This document shows positions 28,508 through 37,747 of a stretch of DNA of 64,000 nucleotides, one piece after another. The stretch is from assembly GCA_016793725.1 (NCBI GenBank), contig JAEUJP010000398.1, forward strand, positions 240 through 64,239, written 5' to 3'. Every line of letters begins with the position of its first letter. The first letter of the stretch is position 1. Origin of the DNA: Myxococcaceae bacterium. GTDB lineage: Bacteria > Myxococcota > Myxococcia > Myxococcales > Myxococcaceae. A program made the translations under genes and the position numbers. The notes below the pieces were generated by a model. It saw nothing but the letters and a program-made list of their open reading frames with translations, searched no databases and was not told the origin of the DNA.

Positions 28508-29395
28508 ATGAGACGGCTCGCACTCGCCCTGGCAACGGTCTACGTGGTGTGGGGCTCCACGTACCTGGCGATGAAGGTGGCGGTCGAGACGCTGCCGCCG
28601 TTCTTCATGGCGGCGTCGCGTTACCTGATGGCGGGCCTGACGCTGTACCTGCTGCTGCGAGCGCGAGGTGCGAAGGCGCCAACGGCGAAGCAGTGGGCCG
28701 CGAGCGCCTTCATCGGAGCGCTGACGCTGGTCGTCGGCAACGCCTTGCTCGCGCGCGCCGAGCAGCACGTGCCGTCGAACGTGTGCGCGGTGCTGTACGG
28801 CTCGATACCGCTGTGGGCGTCGTTCATGAGCTTCGCGTTCGGCCAGCGGCTGAAGAGGGCCGAGTGGGCGGGCATCGGGCTGGGTCTGCTCGGCGTCGTC
28901 GCGCTGAACCTGGGCGGCGACTTTCGCTCGCACCCGGCCGAGGCGGCGTTGGTGCTGGTCGGCGCTGCGGGGCTCGCGACGGGCTCGGTGTGGATGAAGC
29001 GGGTCGACCTGCCGAAGGGGGCAATGGGGCCGGCGGCGCAGCTGTGCATGGCGGGGTTGATGATGGTGGTGGCGAGCCTCGCGACGGGCGAGCCGGTGCT
29101 CGACGTGCAGCCGTCGGGGCGGTCGCTGGCGGCGCTCGGGTACCTGACGGGGGTGGGCTCGCTGGTGGCGTACCCGGCGTACGCGTACGTGCAGCTGCAC
29201 GCGCGGCCGGCGCTGGCGACGTCGAACGCGTACGTGAACCCGCTGGTGGCGATGCTGCTCGGCGCGCTGCTCGGCGGCGAGCTGCTCGGGGCGACGACGC
29301 TGGTGGGCGCGGTGCTGATTCTGGCGGCGCTGGGGCTGACGGCGCTTTTGAAGCGGGACGCGTCGCCGCGTCAGGTGCCCGCGCCGGCGCCCTGA
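28508..29395 (+). CDS. EamA/DMT-family transporter
   Basis: MRRLALALATVYVVWGSTYLAMK..., about 10 hydrophobic segments, two EamA-like halves. Confidence 0.85.
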   Translation: MRRLALALATVYVVWGSTYLAMKVAVETLPPFFMAASRYLMAGLTLYLLLRARGAKAPTAKQWAASAFIGALTLVVGNALLARAEQHVPSNVCAVLYGSIPLWASFMSFAFGQRLKRAEWAGIGLGLLGVVALNLGGDFRSHPAEAALVLVGAAGLATGSVWMKRVDLPKGAMGPAAQLCMAGLMMVVASLATGEPVLDVQPSGRSLAALGYLTGVGSLVAYPAYAYVQLHARPALATSNAYVNPLVAMLLGALLGGELLGATTLVGAVLILAALGLTALLKRDASPRQVPAPAP

Positions 29396-29571
29396 GTATC
29401 GGTTCGCTGCGCTCACGTTTCCGCGCCGGAGGCGCGAGTAGCCCAGAAGCCGGGCCCAGGCCGAACACCTCGCCCGCCTCGCCGGGCACACCCTCGGCCT
29501 CCACCGCGGCGAACGCCGGTTCGCGGAGCTGTTCGAGCAGTTCGTGAGCGGCAGGGTGGGCCCGGCTCGGG

Positions 29572-29600
29572 TTGACACTTAAGTTTTAACTTAATAATCA
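29572..29600 (+). promoter_or_regulatory. Sigma-70-like promoter, probably giving a leaderless or very short-leader mRNA
   Basis: TTGACA (29572-29577), a 16-17-nt AT-rich spacer, then ATAATC/TAATCA ending at the first ATG. This is the only strongly AT-rich stretch in the local area. Confidence 0.45.
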
Positions 29601-30166
29601 TGAGACCCATGCAAAAGCTCCGGGTCTTCGAGTCCATCTCCATCGACGGGTACTTCACCGACGCGCACGGCGACATGAGCTGGGCGCACGCGGGTGCGGC
29701 CGACACCGAATACGGCGCGTGGGTGGCCGGCAACGCGAGCAGTGGCAGAGGCACCCTGCTCTTCGGCCGCAAGACGTACGAACAGATGGTCGCGTTCTGG
29801 CCGACGCCGCAAGCGGCGCAGCAGCTGCCCGAGGTGGCAAAGGGCATGAACGCGGCGAAGAAGGTGGTGGCGACGCGCACGCTGAAGCCGACGTGGCAGA
29901 ACACGACCGCGCTGCAGGGCTCGCTGGTCGAGGCGGTGAAGGCGCTGAAGGCGGGAGCGGGCGGCGACATCACGGTGCTGGGCAGCGGCAGCGTGGCGGC
30001 GCAGCTCGGCGAGGCCGGCCTGGTCGACGAGTACCAGTTCGTGGTGGTGCCCATCGCGCTCGGCGCGGGCCGCACGGTGTTCAGCGGGGCGAAGAAGCTG
30101 AAGCTCGTCGAGCAGCGGGCGTTTCGCGTGAGCGGCAACGTGGTGGTGACCTATGCCGCCGCGTAG
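29600..30166 (+). CDS. Dihydrofolate-reductase-like (RibD C-terminal domain) family protein
   Basis: KLRVFESISIDGYF...LLFGRKTYE...ITVLGSGSV...LVDEYQFVVVPIALG. The likely true start is the second ATG at 29609 (MQKLRVF). Confidence 0.85.
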   Translation: MRPMQKLRVFESISIDGYFTDAHGDMSWAHAGAADTEYGAWVAGNASSGRGTLLFGRKTYEQMVAFWPTPQAAQQLPEVAKGMNAAKKVVATRTLKPTWQNTTALQGSLVEAVKALKAGAGGDITVLGSGSVAAQLGEAGLVDEYQFVVVPIALGAGRTVFSGAKKLKLVEQRAFRVSGNVVVTYAAA

Positions 30167-30671
30167 GGGCACGTCTGTCGTCGACGGCGAGCACGCGACG
30201 CTGACCTTCCACCGGGTCTACCCGCACCGCATCGAGCACGTGTGGGAGGCCATCTCGACGCGCGAGGGTCTCTCGCAGTGGCTGATGTGCACGCGCGCAG
30301 ACATCGACGCGCGTGTCGGCGGTCACATCGAGCTCATCACCGGCCCGACGGCGTACCACTCGACGGGCAGAATCACGGCGTGGCAGCCGCCGCGGCTGTT
30401 CGAGTTCGAGTGGAACGTGGCGCCGCTGCCCGAGATGCCGCGCGGTGAAAACGCGCTCTTCCGCTTCGAGCTCTCACCGCTGGCCGACGGGGCGACGCGG
30501 CTCGTGGTCACGTACCTGCGCATCACGAAGCAGACGGCGGTGGGGTTCTTGCCCGGGCTGCACGCGTTTCTCGATCGGCTCGAGGCGCAGCTCGAGGGCG
30601 CCACCCTGCCCGACTGGCTGCAGCGGTTCGAAGCGCTGCGCGCCGAGTACCCCGACTGGGGTGGCCATTGA
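30153..30671 (+). CDS. SRPBCC/AHSA1-like domain protein
   Basis: LTFHRVYPHRIEHVWEAISTREGLSQW...GGHIEL...FEFEW. Overlaps the upstream gene by 14 nt. Confidence 0.8.
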   Translation: MPPRRGTSVVDGEHATLTFHRVYPHRIEHVWEAISTREGLSQWLMCTRADIDARVGGHIELITGPTAYHSTGRITAWQPPRLFEFEWNVAPLPEMPRGENALFRFELSPLADGATRLVVTYLRITKQTAVGFLPGLHAFLDRLEAQLEGATLPDWLQRFEALRAEYPDWGGH

Positions 30672-31009
30672 GGCCGGTGCAAGAGAGCGACGTGTTTCAC
30701 GCCATCGCGCACCCGGCGCGGCGGCACATCTTGCTTCAGCTGAAAGCGGGCGAGCTCGCGGCCGGCGCTCTGGCCGAGCCGTTCGACATGAGCCTGCCGG
30801 CCATCTCGCAGCACCTGCGCGTGCTCGAAGAGGCCGAGCTCGTCAGCGTGCGCCGCGAGGGCCGCAGCCGCCTGTACCGGCTCGAGCCGAAGCCGCTGCG
30901 CGAGGTGGTCGGCTGGGTCGATGAGTTCGCGAAGTTCTTCGACGAACGGCTCGATGCGCTGGGTGAGTACCTCGACGAGAAGCACGGCAAGCGCACGCGG
31001 CGAAGGTGA
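30668..31009 (+). CDS. ArsR/SmtB-family transcriptional regulator
   Basis: VFHAIAHPARRHILLQL...LAEPFDMSLPAISQHLRVLEEAELV. The start overlaps the upstream stop. Confidence 0.9.
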   Translation: MRPVQESDVFHAIAHPARRHILLQLKAGELAAGALAEPFDMSLPAISQHLRVLEEAELVSVRREGRSRLYRLEPKPLREVVGWVDEFAKFFDERLDALGEYLDEKHGKRTRRR

Positions 31010-31138
31010 GGTCGCCGACGGGTCGGGGGATGAATCGAGCCGCCCATGGCCCGAATCATCCCCGCACTCTGAGGTCGACACCGGGCCGCACGTTTCTTCA
31101 CGAACAGAGCGCCACGCTCCCGGTTAGAGAGAGGCCGC

Positions 31139-31831
31139 ATGGGCTACCGAGTCGTCATCGCAGGCGGCACCGGGCAGGTCGGCAGAGCGGTCGTGCAGGC
31201 CTTCATCGCCGACCCGTCGTGCACCGAGCTCGTCATGGTGAACCGGCGCGCTGGTAGCGCTGCCTCGAACGCCAAGGTCCGCGAGGCCGTGCTCGACACG
31301 AGCGCGCCGAGCCTCCAGCAAGACACCGCTGCGCTCGTGCGCGAGACCGCGAGCAAAGGCGACACCGTCGTCGGCGCCTCGTGCATCGGCGTCGGCACCG
31401 GCAGCATGAAGTGGAGCGAAGAGGACCTGAAGGCCCTCGAGGTCGGCGTCGTCGGCGCGTTCGCGCGCGGCTGTCGTGACGCCGGCGTCACCCGCTTCGG
31501 GCTGCTGTCGGCGGTGGGCTCGAGCTCGAGCAGCATGTTCCGCTACGTGCGCGTCATGGGGCTGAAAGAAGAGAACATCGCGGCCGTCGGCTTCGAGCGG
31601 CTCGCCATCTTCCGCCCCGGCATCATCGGCGGCATCGGCCACACGCCGGGCGCGGTGGCGGTGCTGGGTAGGTGGATTCCCGGGAAGTTCGGCACCGTCG
31701 AGGCCGACGACATTGCGGGCGCGTTCGTCACCGAGCTCACCGACGAGAAGGCCACCGGCGTCACGCACCTCGAGAACGGCGACCTGCGCGCGAGCGCGCG
31801 GCGCCGCACGCAGAACCCGAAAGGCTCCTGA
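31139..31831 (+). CDS. NAD(P)-binding Rossmann protein (atypical SDR/NmrA-like)
   Basis: VVIAGGTGQVGRAVV glycine motif at the N-terminus. Confidence 0.75.
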   Translation: MGYRVVIAGGTGQVGRAVVQAFIADPSCTELVMVNRRAGSAASNAKVREAVLDTSAPSLQQDTAALVRETASKGDTVVGASCIGVGTGSMKWSEEDLKALEVGVVGAFARGCRDAGVTRFGLLSAVGSSSSSMFRYVRVMGLKEENIAAVGFERLAIFRPGIIGGIGHTPGAVAVLGRWIPGKFGTVEADDIAGAFVTELTDEKATGVTHLENGDLRASARRRTQNPKGS

Positions 31832-31907
31832 AGCTGCGGTTCGAGACCGCTTCGACCCAGCCTTCGGCTTCCGCTCAGCGCGAACGGAGGCGACTGACTG
31901 GACCTGA

Positions 31908-33296
31908 CTAGACCAGCAGCCCGCCCAGCGGCCCGGTGCAGAACGCCGGGTCACCGAACGTGGTCGCCTGCACGCCCATCGCGTTCATCAGCGCGACGAG
32001 CAGGTTGTTGTGCGGCACGCCGGGCTGAAAGCTGAGGTACCGGTTCGTACGAATCGCGCCGCCGGCGCCGCCCACGGTGAAGAACGGGGCGGCCTTGTGG
32101 CTGTGCGTGTTGCCGCGCGTAATCTCAGAGAACCAGAGCACCACGGTGTTGTCGAGCATCGTGCCGGGCCCCTCGGGCACCGCGTCGAGCTTGTCGAGCA
32201 GGTACTTGAGCTGCTCCATGTACCAGCGGCGAATGACGGCGAGCTGCCCCCACGCATGCACGTCGGAGTCGGGCTGGTGCCCCAAGATGTGCTCGTCGCC
32301 GAGAATCGGCTTGAGGCCCGTGCCGTTGTCGTAGCTCAAGAACGGGTACGGCCGATTGTTCGTCGAGGCCGACCACTGCAGCGTCACGACGCGGGTCAGG
32401 TCGCACGCGAGCGCCATGGCGGCCTGATCCATCATCAGCCTGCCGACCTGCGGGAAGGTCGCGGGGTCGGTGAGGTTGAACATCGCGCCCGGGTTCGGCT
32501 GCGAGCAGTACATGCCGACCGTGCCGCCCGGCGCGTCGATGCGCGACTCGACGTCTCGCATCGAGTCGAGGTGGTGCTCGAGCTTCACGCGGTCTTCGGT
32601 CGACAGCCGCGCGTTCAGCTTGCGAAAGCGCTCTTTCGCGAAGTCGATGGCGGCGTGCTTGCGCAGGCGCTCGCGCTCGAGCCCAAACGGGTCGGCGCCC
32701 AGCGAACCGAACACGCGGCTGTAGAGCGCGAACGGGCTCGTCTCGTTGGCGACGGGTTGGTCGTTGCCGGTGTACGAGAGCACGGTGCGCACCTCGGTGC
32801 CGCCGTACTGCGTCGACTGCACGCCGAGGTTCAGCGTCTTGAAGCGCGTGCCGACGCCGATGACGTCGGCGATCGCCTGGTCGACCGACTTGCTCATGGC
32901 CCAGCCCGACAGCGAGCCGTCGCCGCCGACCTGCGTGCCGGTGTTGAGCTTTCTGCCCGTGAGCACGGCCATGCCCTGCTGGTGCGGCTCGCCCGGCCCG
33001 ATGTCGTTGGCGAGCATGTCGAGCCCGCTGATCAGCACCATCTTCGACGCGTACGGCTGCAGCGGCGCCATCGAGGTGCCGGCGAAGCTCATGTTCGCGG
33101 GCAGGTCGAGGTTCCCGTTCGGCGTGTAGAAGAAGATGACGCGCTTGGGGAACGTGAGGCCCTGCTCGACGGTCGCGACGTGACGCTCTTCGAGGCGCTT
33201 CTCGGGCGCGCAGCCCAGGCTCTCGAGCAGCGGCAGGGCGAGGGCGGCGCCGCCGGCTCCGCGCAGGAGCAGGCGCCGGGTGAGGTTGACGGTCAC
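31908..33296 (-). CDS. DUF1552-like protein with twin-arginine signal
   Basis: GTG start overlaps the upstream stop (GTGA). N-terminus VNLTRRLLLRGAGGAALALPLLES. ...GDEHILGHQPDSD...FSEITRGNTHSH... is typical of the family. Confidence 0.8.
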   Translation of the reverse strand: MTVNLTRRLLLRGAGGAALALPLLESLGCAPEKRLEERHVATVEQGLTFPKRVIFFYTPNGNLDLPANMSFAGTSMAPLQPYASKMVLISGLDMLANDIGPGEPHQQGMAVLTGRKLNTGTQVGGDGSLSGWAMSKSVDQAIADVIGVGTRFKTLNLGVQSTQYGGTEVRTVLSYTGNDQPVANETSPFALYSRVFGSLGADPFGLERERLRKHAAIDFAKERFRKLNARLSTEDRVKLEHHLDSMRDVESRIDAPGGTVGMYCSQPNPGAMFNLTDPATFPQVGRLMMDQAAMALACDLTRVVTLQWSASTNNRPYPFLSYDNGTGLKPILGDEHILGHQPDSDVHAWGQLAVIRRWYMEQLKYLLDKLDAVPEGPGTMLDNTVVLWFSEITRGNTHSHKAAPFFTVGGAGGAIRTNRYLSFQPGVPHNNLLVALMNAMGVQATTFGDPAFCTGPLGGLLV

Positions 33297-35017
33297 GGGG
33301 CACCTCCGGCGTAGAGAAACGCGTCGGACTGGGTGATTTCTTCGAGCAGCTTCTTCACGTCGCGGCCGTCTTCGGTGAACGACTTCTCGAGGCGCTCGAG
33401 CGTGCACGCGTCGGCCGCCTGCTCGCCACGGCCGTGCGCGAAGCGGAACCACTGCTTCACGTAGCAGCGCCGCGCCTGCGCGCTGAGGCTCAGCTTCTTC
33501 GCGAGGCCGGGCACGCCGGTGAACGGCCCCGCCACGTCGGTGCCGTAGATGTGGCCGCTCGCGTCGATGGGCAGGTTCGCCTCGGTGTCGCGGTGCACGC
33601 CGATGCCGTCGAAGCTCTCGAAGCCGAAGCCGAGCGGGTCCATCAGGCGATGGCACGCCGAGCACGCCGCGTTGTCGCTGTGCTCTCGAAACCGCTCGCG
33701 TGCCGTGCTGTTCGGGTTCGGCTCGGGCACCGTAATCATCACCTCGGGCGGTGGCGCCGCCAGCACCTCGCAGAGAAACGCCTCGCGCACGAGCTTGCCG
33801 CGGTGCACCGGCGACGTCTGGTTCGAGTGCGCGTTCAAGGTGAGCAGCGAGCCCTGCGTGAGCAGGCCGCCGCGCTGCTTCGGGTCGAGCGGCACCTTGT
33901 TCATCGCCGCGCCGCCCATCGGAGCGGGCAGCCCATAGAGCTCGGCGAGCCGCGCGTCGACGAACGTATAGGGAGCCGTCAGCAGCGCGTCGTAGGTGCC
34001 CTCGCCGTCGAACACCACGTGCTCGACGAACGCCCGGGTCTCGGCGTGCATCGAGCCGGCGTGAGCGGTCGACCACCGCGGGTAGACCGAGGCGGCCTTG
34101 CCGACGTTGGCGATGCGGTCGAAGTCGAGCCACTGCTGGTGAAACTCGCTAACCACGGCGCGGGCGCGCGGGTCGAGCAGCATGCGGCGGGCAGCGGCGC
34201 GCACCTGCTCGGGCGTCGAGAGCTCACCTTTGTCGGCGGCGAGCTTCAGCGCCTCGTCGGGCTGCGAGGCCCACAAGAGATACGAGAGGCGCGAAGCGAG
34301 CGCGTGCGAGTCGAGCCGCACGGGCACACCGGCGTCGGGCGACGGCGCCGGCAGCTCGACGCGGTAGAGGAAGTCGGGCGAGATGAGCACGCTCTCGACG
34401 GCGAGCCGCAGGCCGGCGACGAACGGGGTCAGCGGCGTGGTGCCGTCGAGGCCTCCGATGGTGGCGCCGCGGTCGTAGATGGCGAACAGCTCGGCCTCTT
34501 CTTCGGCGGTGAGCGGGCGGCGGTACGCGCGCGCGCCGAACGCCTTCAAGAACTGCTCGGCGCAGACGCGGTCGCCCTGGGTCGCGGGCGCGCACGAATA
34601 CCAGGTGAGGCGGCCGAGGTTCGAGGTGAGCCGCGCGGCGATGCCTGACGCGGCGGCGAAGTGTTTGTCGACGAGCGCCGACGAGGTGCTGAGCGCCTGC
34701 GCGTTGTTGTTGAAGCCGAGCGCCTCTTCTTCGGCGCCGAACTCGGCTGCGGGGTGGGTGTCGTCGCCGAGCAGGTCGCGAATGGTGTTGTCGTATTCGA
34801 ACCGCGTCATGCGGCGAATCGGGGCGGGGCCGGGCTTCACCTCGCCGGGCGTGCAGGCCGAGGGCTTGGGGAGCGGAACCTCGACGGGCGCGGGCGGCGG
34901 CGCCGCAATGATGCCGTCGCAGGCCGCGAGGCCGAGGGCGAGGAGTGAAACGTGGAGGTAGCAGCGGACCACGCCCGCGCGGCTGCTCGAAACATGCCGG
35001 GCGTCGGGCGGTTGCAA
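33293..35017 (-). CDS. DUF1587/1592/1588/1585-type lipoprotein with CxxCH motif
   Basis: Lipobox LGLAAC. RMTRFEYDNTIRDLLG, SRLSYLLWASQPD, and CSACH at 33650-33664 followed by LMDPLGFGFESFDGIG. Confidence 0.8.
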   Translation of the reverse strand: MQPPDARHVSSSRAGVVRCYLHVSLLALGLAACDGIIAAPPPAPVEVPLPKPSACTPGEVKPGPAPIRRMTRFEYDNTIRDLLGDDTHPAAEFGAEEEALGFNNNAQALSTSSALVDKHFAAASGIAARLTSNLGRLTWYSCAPATQGDRVCAEQFLKAFGARAYRRPLTAEEEAELFAIYDRGATIGGLDGTTPLTPFVAGLRLAVESVLISPDFLYRVELPAPSPDAGVPVRLDSHALASRLSYLLWASQPDEALKLAADKGELSTPEQVRAAARRMLLDPRARAVVSEFHQQWLDFDRIANVGKAASVYPRWSTAHAGSMHAETRAFVEHVVFDGEGTYDALLTAPYTFVDARLAELYGLPAPMGGAAMNKVPLDPKQRGGLLTQGSLLTLNAHSNQTSPVHRGKLVREAFLCEVLAAPPPEVMITVPEPNPNSTARERFREHSDNAACSACHRLMDPLGFGFESFDGIGVHRDTEANLPIDASGHIYGTDVAGPFTGVPGLAKKLSLSAQARRCYVKQWFRFAHGRGEQAADACTLERLEKSFTEDGRDVKKLLEEITQSDAFLYAGGAP

Positions 35018-35102
35018 ACCGCGGGGAAGATTGCACGGGTGGGGCGGGAGGTGGACTGCTGCCGCTCCAGGTGTCGAAAACGACGTCAGTTTGTCTTCGA
35101 CG

Positions 35103-36680
35103 TCACCCGCGCCGAATGCCCGTCACCTCGCCGTAGCCCCCGGGAATGAAGAAGTCGTGCAGGCCCATGCCCATCACGCGCAGGGCGGTCGTCACGACGT
35201 CGGCCGCGCGCGGCACGCGGCGAGACGGCTGACCGTTCTCTTCGATGATGTCGACGGGCACGCCGACGCCGCGGGGCACCTCGAAGCCACCGACGCTGCG
35301 GTTCCCCGCGACGTTGCCGCCCGCGAAGACCACCGACGTGAACGGGTGATGGTCATCGCCCTGGTAGTAGCCGCTGCCGCTCTGCGCCGACCACGTGCGG
35401 CCGAACTCGCTCATCACCAACACCAGCGTGTCGTCGAGCAGCGTCTTGCCCGGCAGCCCCGGCGCCGGAGCCGCCTTCAGCTCGCCCAAGAACCGCGCCA
35501 CGATGTCCATCAGATTCCGCCCGTGCGCGCAGCTCGACGCGTTGCCGGTGCCGTTGTGCGTGTCGTAGTCGGGCGCCAGCGCGCAGTGAACGCTCGTCGC
35601 GAGGTTCGACTTCAAGAGCCGCAGCGTCATGTCGAGCCGCGGCTCGAGCTGGGTCATGTGAAAGTTCGCGAGCCCGAACGTGTAGCCGAACGCGCCCAGG
35701 CCGTAGCTCGACAGGTACGCCGGCTTGTTCGCCGTCAGCACGTCGATGCCCTTCGTCTGCTCGAGCACCGTCACCACGTCGGTCGCGAGCACGCGGCTCA
35801 CGCTCGACAGCGAGCCGTGCAGCCCCTCGAGAAACGTGTCGACCTTCGGCGACGACTTGCCGACGTACTTCCCCGGCACGCCGAGGGTGTACTCCTCGAG
35901 GGCGGTCGTCTTCAGGTTCCCGCCGAGCGCCATGCCGCGCACGTCTTTCTCGGGCCGGTCGGCGCGCGCGTCGAGGCCCTGCCACCAGCGGTTCTCCATC
36001 GGGTCGGCCGAGAGCTGCGGCGCGAGCGCGTCGATGCTCGGCACGAACACAGGCGCCGCGCGCGACGGCAGGCCCATCGCCTGCGGAGCGCCGCGCGACG
36101 AGTCGACGATGACGAACGGCAGCGGGCGTTGGTCTTTGAAGCGGTTGTAGAGGTGGTTCGCGATGACGGCGTGAACGGCGGGGGCGCGGAAGTCGGCGCC
36201 GGCGACTCCGCAGGCGGCGGCGATGAAGCCGCTCGCGTGGTCGTTCGTGCCCTGGTCGATGCCGTGCAACACCGAGAGCTGCGAGCCGAGGCCGAAGTGG
36301 GTGTAGCCGTACATCGCCGGCGCGAACGTGCTGTTGCGCGTCTGCGGGGCCGCCGGGTCCCACGAGCGCCACAGCCGCACCGGGTTGTACGGGCCGTTCG
36401 CGGGCCCCAGGTCGGTGAGCTGGTTCGCGCGAAAGAAGATGGGCTCGCCGTTGAAGTTCGCCGGCGGCGGCACGCTCTTCTCGACGTCGGCGTCGGTGCC
36501 GGGCCAGAAGCAGTGCTGAAAGCGGAACCCGCCCGGGATGTAGAGCACGCACAGGCGTGAGGGCGCGTCGGTGGCCGTCTGTGCGTGCGCGCGACCGCCG
36601 AGCAGGCCGGCGCGCTCGAGCAGCGCGACCTGCGACGCACCGAGAGACCACGAGAGGAGCTGTCTGCGGCTGAGGTTCAT
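35103..36680 (-). CDS. DUF1501-like protein with twin-arginine signal
   Basis: Start MNLSRRQLLSWSLGA. ...DTHN...SEFGRT...GDDHHP... are sulfatase-superfamily-like motifs. The upstream 93 codons of ORF 35103..36959 are ignored. Confidence 0.8.
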   Translation of the reverse strand: MNLSRRQLLSWSLGASQVALLERAGLLGGRAHAQTATDAPSRLCVLYIPGGFRFQHCFWPGTDADVEKSVPPPANFNGEPIFFRANQLTDLGPANGPYNPVRLWRSWDPAAPQTRNSTFAPAMYGYTHFGLGSQLSVLHGIDQGTNDHASGFIAAACGVAGADFRAPAVHAVIANHLYNRFKDQRPLPFVIVDSSRGAPQAMGLPSRAAPVFVPSIDALAPQLSADPMENRWWQGLDARADRPEKDVRGMALGGNLKTTALEEYTLGVPGKYVGKSSPKVDTFLEGLHGSLSSVSRVLATDVVTVLEQTKGIDVLTANKPAYLSSYGLGAFGYTFGLANFHMTQLEPRLDMTLRLLKSNLATSVHCALAPDYDTHNGTGNASSCAHGRNLMDIVARFLGELKAAPAPGLPGKTLLDDTLVLVMSEFGRTWSAQSGSGYYQGDDHHPFTSVVFAGGNVAGNRSVGGFEVPRGVGVPVDIIEENGQPSRRVPRAADVVTTALRVMGMGLHDFFIPGGYGEVTGIRRG

Positions 36681-36694
36681 GGTGGCGGCCCCTT

Positions 36695-37747
36695 TCAGAA
36701 CGAGACCCACAGCGGGTGGCGAACGAAGCTCGCGCAGACGGCCGTCCACGCGGTGCGGGTGTTGGTCGCTTCGTACGGCAGGTAGACCTGCGTGTAGACC
36801 GCGTCGACCTCGCCCTGAGAGGCGACCTCGCCCAGCATGCGCAGGTACAGCGCCGAGATGTTCTGTTTGATTTCGGTCTGCTTCGTCGCGCTGGTGTCGG
36901 CGAGCGTGACGTGGCGCAGCACGGCGCGGTTGCCCTGCTTCTCGACCGCGGCGCGGCACCAGGCCTGCGACATCTGCACGAGCGTCTGCAGCGCCGACGG
37001 CCCGAGCGTGGCGTCGCGCTTGCGGTAGTCGAGGGTGACGGCTCCGCCGAGGGCTTCGAAGCGCTCGGTGGCGCGCGAGTCAGAGACGTACTGGCGCGAG
37101 ATGCCGGGCGCCCAGTCGCGGGGCCAGACGAACAACGTGCCGCCGCGCGCGGTGTACTCTTCTTCGCGCCAGGTCGGGCGCGAGGTGTCGACGAAGTCTT
37201 GAACGCCGAGGCCGAGCTGGTCGAGCAGGCTCAAGACCATGTCGTCGGCGGCGAGGCGCCGCACCGTGAACAGCGCCGGCGACGGCTCGGAGTTGCGCAC
37301 GCCCGCGGGTGGGAGGTCGCGAACCCACTGCTCGACCTCGGCGATGGTCAGCTTCGCCACGCCCTGCTGCAGCAGCGCCTCGTACGAGGTGCCGACCGGC
37401 ATCTGCGGGTAGCTGCCCGGCGCGACGCCCTTGAGCATCTGCACGAGCAGGCTGCCGGCGGGGTCGCCCGGCTTCACGTACTTCGGGTCGTAGACGAGCC
37501 CGTTCTCGAACGCGTCGAGCGACGCGAAGAAGGGGCGGTTGCCGGTGAGGTGGCAGCCCGCGCAGGCCGCGTGCAGCGCGAGGCGAACTTCGTCGTTCTT
37601 GCCGTTGGGCTCACAGGAGGGCAGCTCGGCGCCGCCGCCGGTGCCGGTGCCGCCGCCGGTCGGGCCGGTGGGAATCGGCAGACCGCGCGAGAAGATGGAG
37701 GCGTCGCACGCCGAGAGGAGCGCGACGAAGAGGAGCGCACGTTTCAT
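36695..37747 (-). CDS. Lipoprotein with single CxxCH (heme-c-like) motif
   Basis: MKRALLFVALLSAC lipobox and LHAACAGCHLTGNRPFF. The start abuts the stop of the upstream gene (37748). Confidence 0.7.
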   Translation of the reverse strand: MKRALLFVALLSACDASIFSRGLPIPTGPTGGGTGTGGGAELPSCEPNGKNDEVRLALHAACAGCHLTGNRPFFASLDAFENGLVYDPKYVKPGDPAGSLLVQMLKGVAPGSYPQMPVGTSYEALLQQGVAKLTIAEVEQWVRDLPPAGVRNSEPSPALFTVRRLAADDMVLSLLDQLGLGVQDFVDTSRPTWREEEYTARGGTLFVWPRDWAPGISRQYVSDSRATERFEALGGAVTLDYRKRDATLGPSALQTLVQMSQAWCRAAVEKQGNRAVLRHVTLADTSATKQTEIKQNISALYLRMLGEVASQGEVDAVYTQVYLPYEATNTRTAWTAVCASFVRHPLWVSF

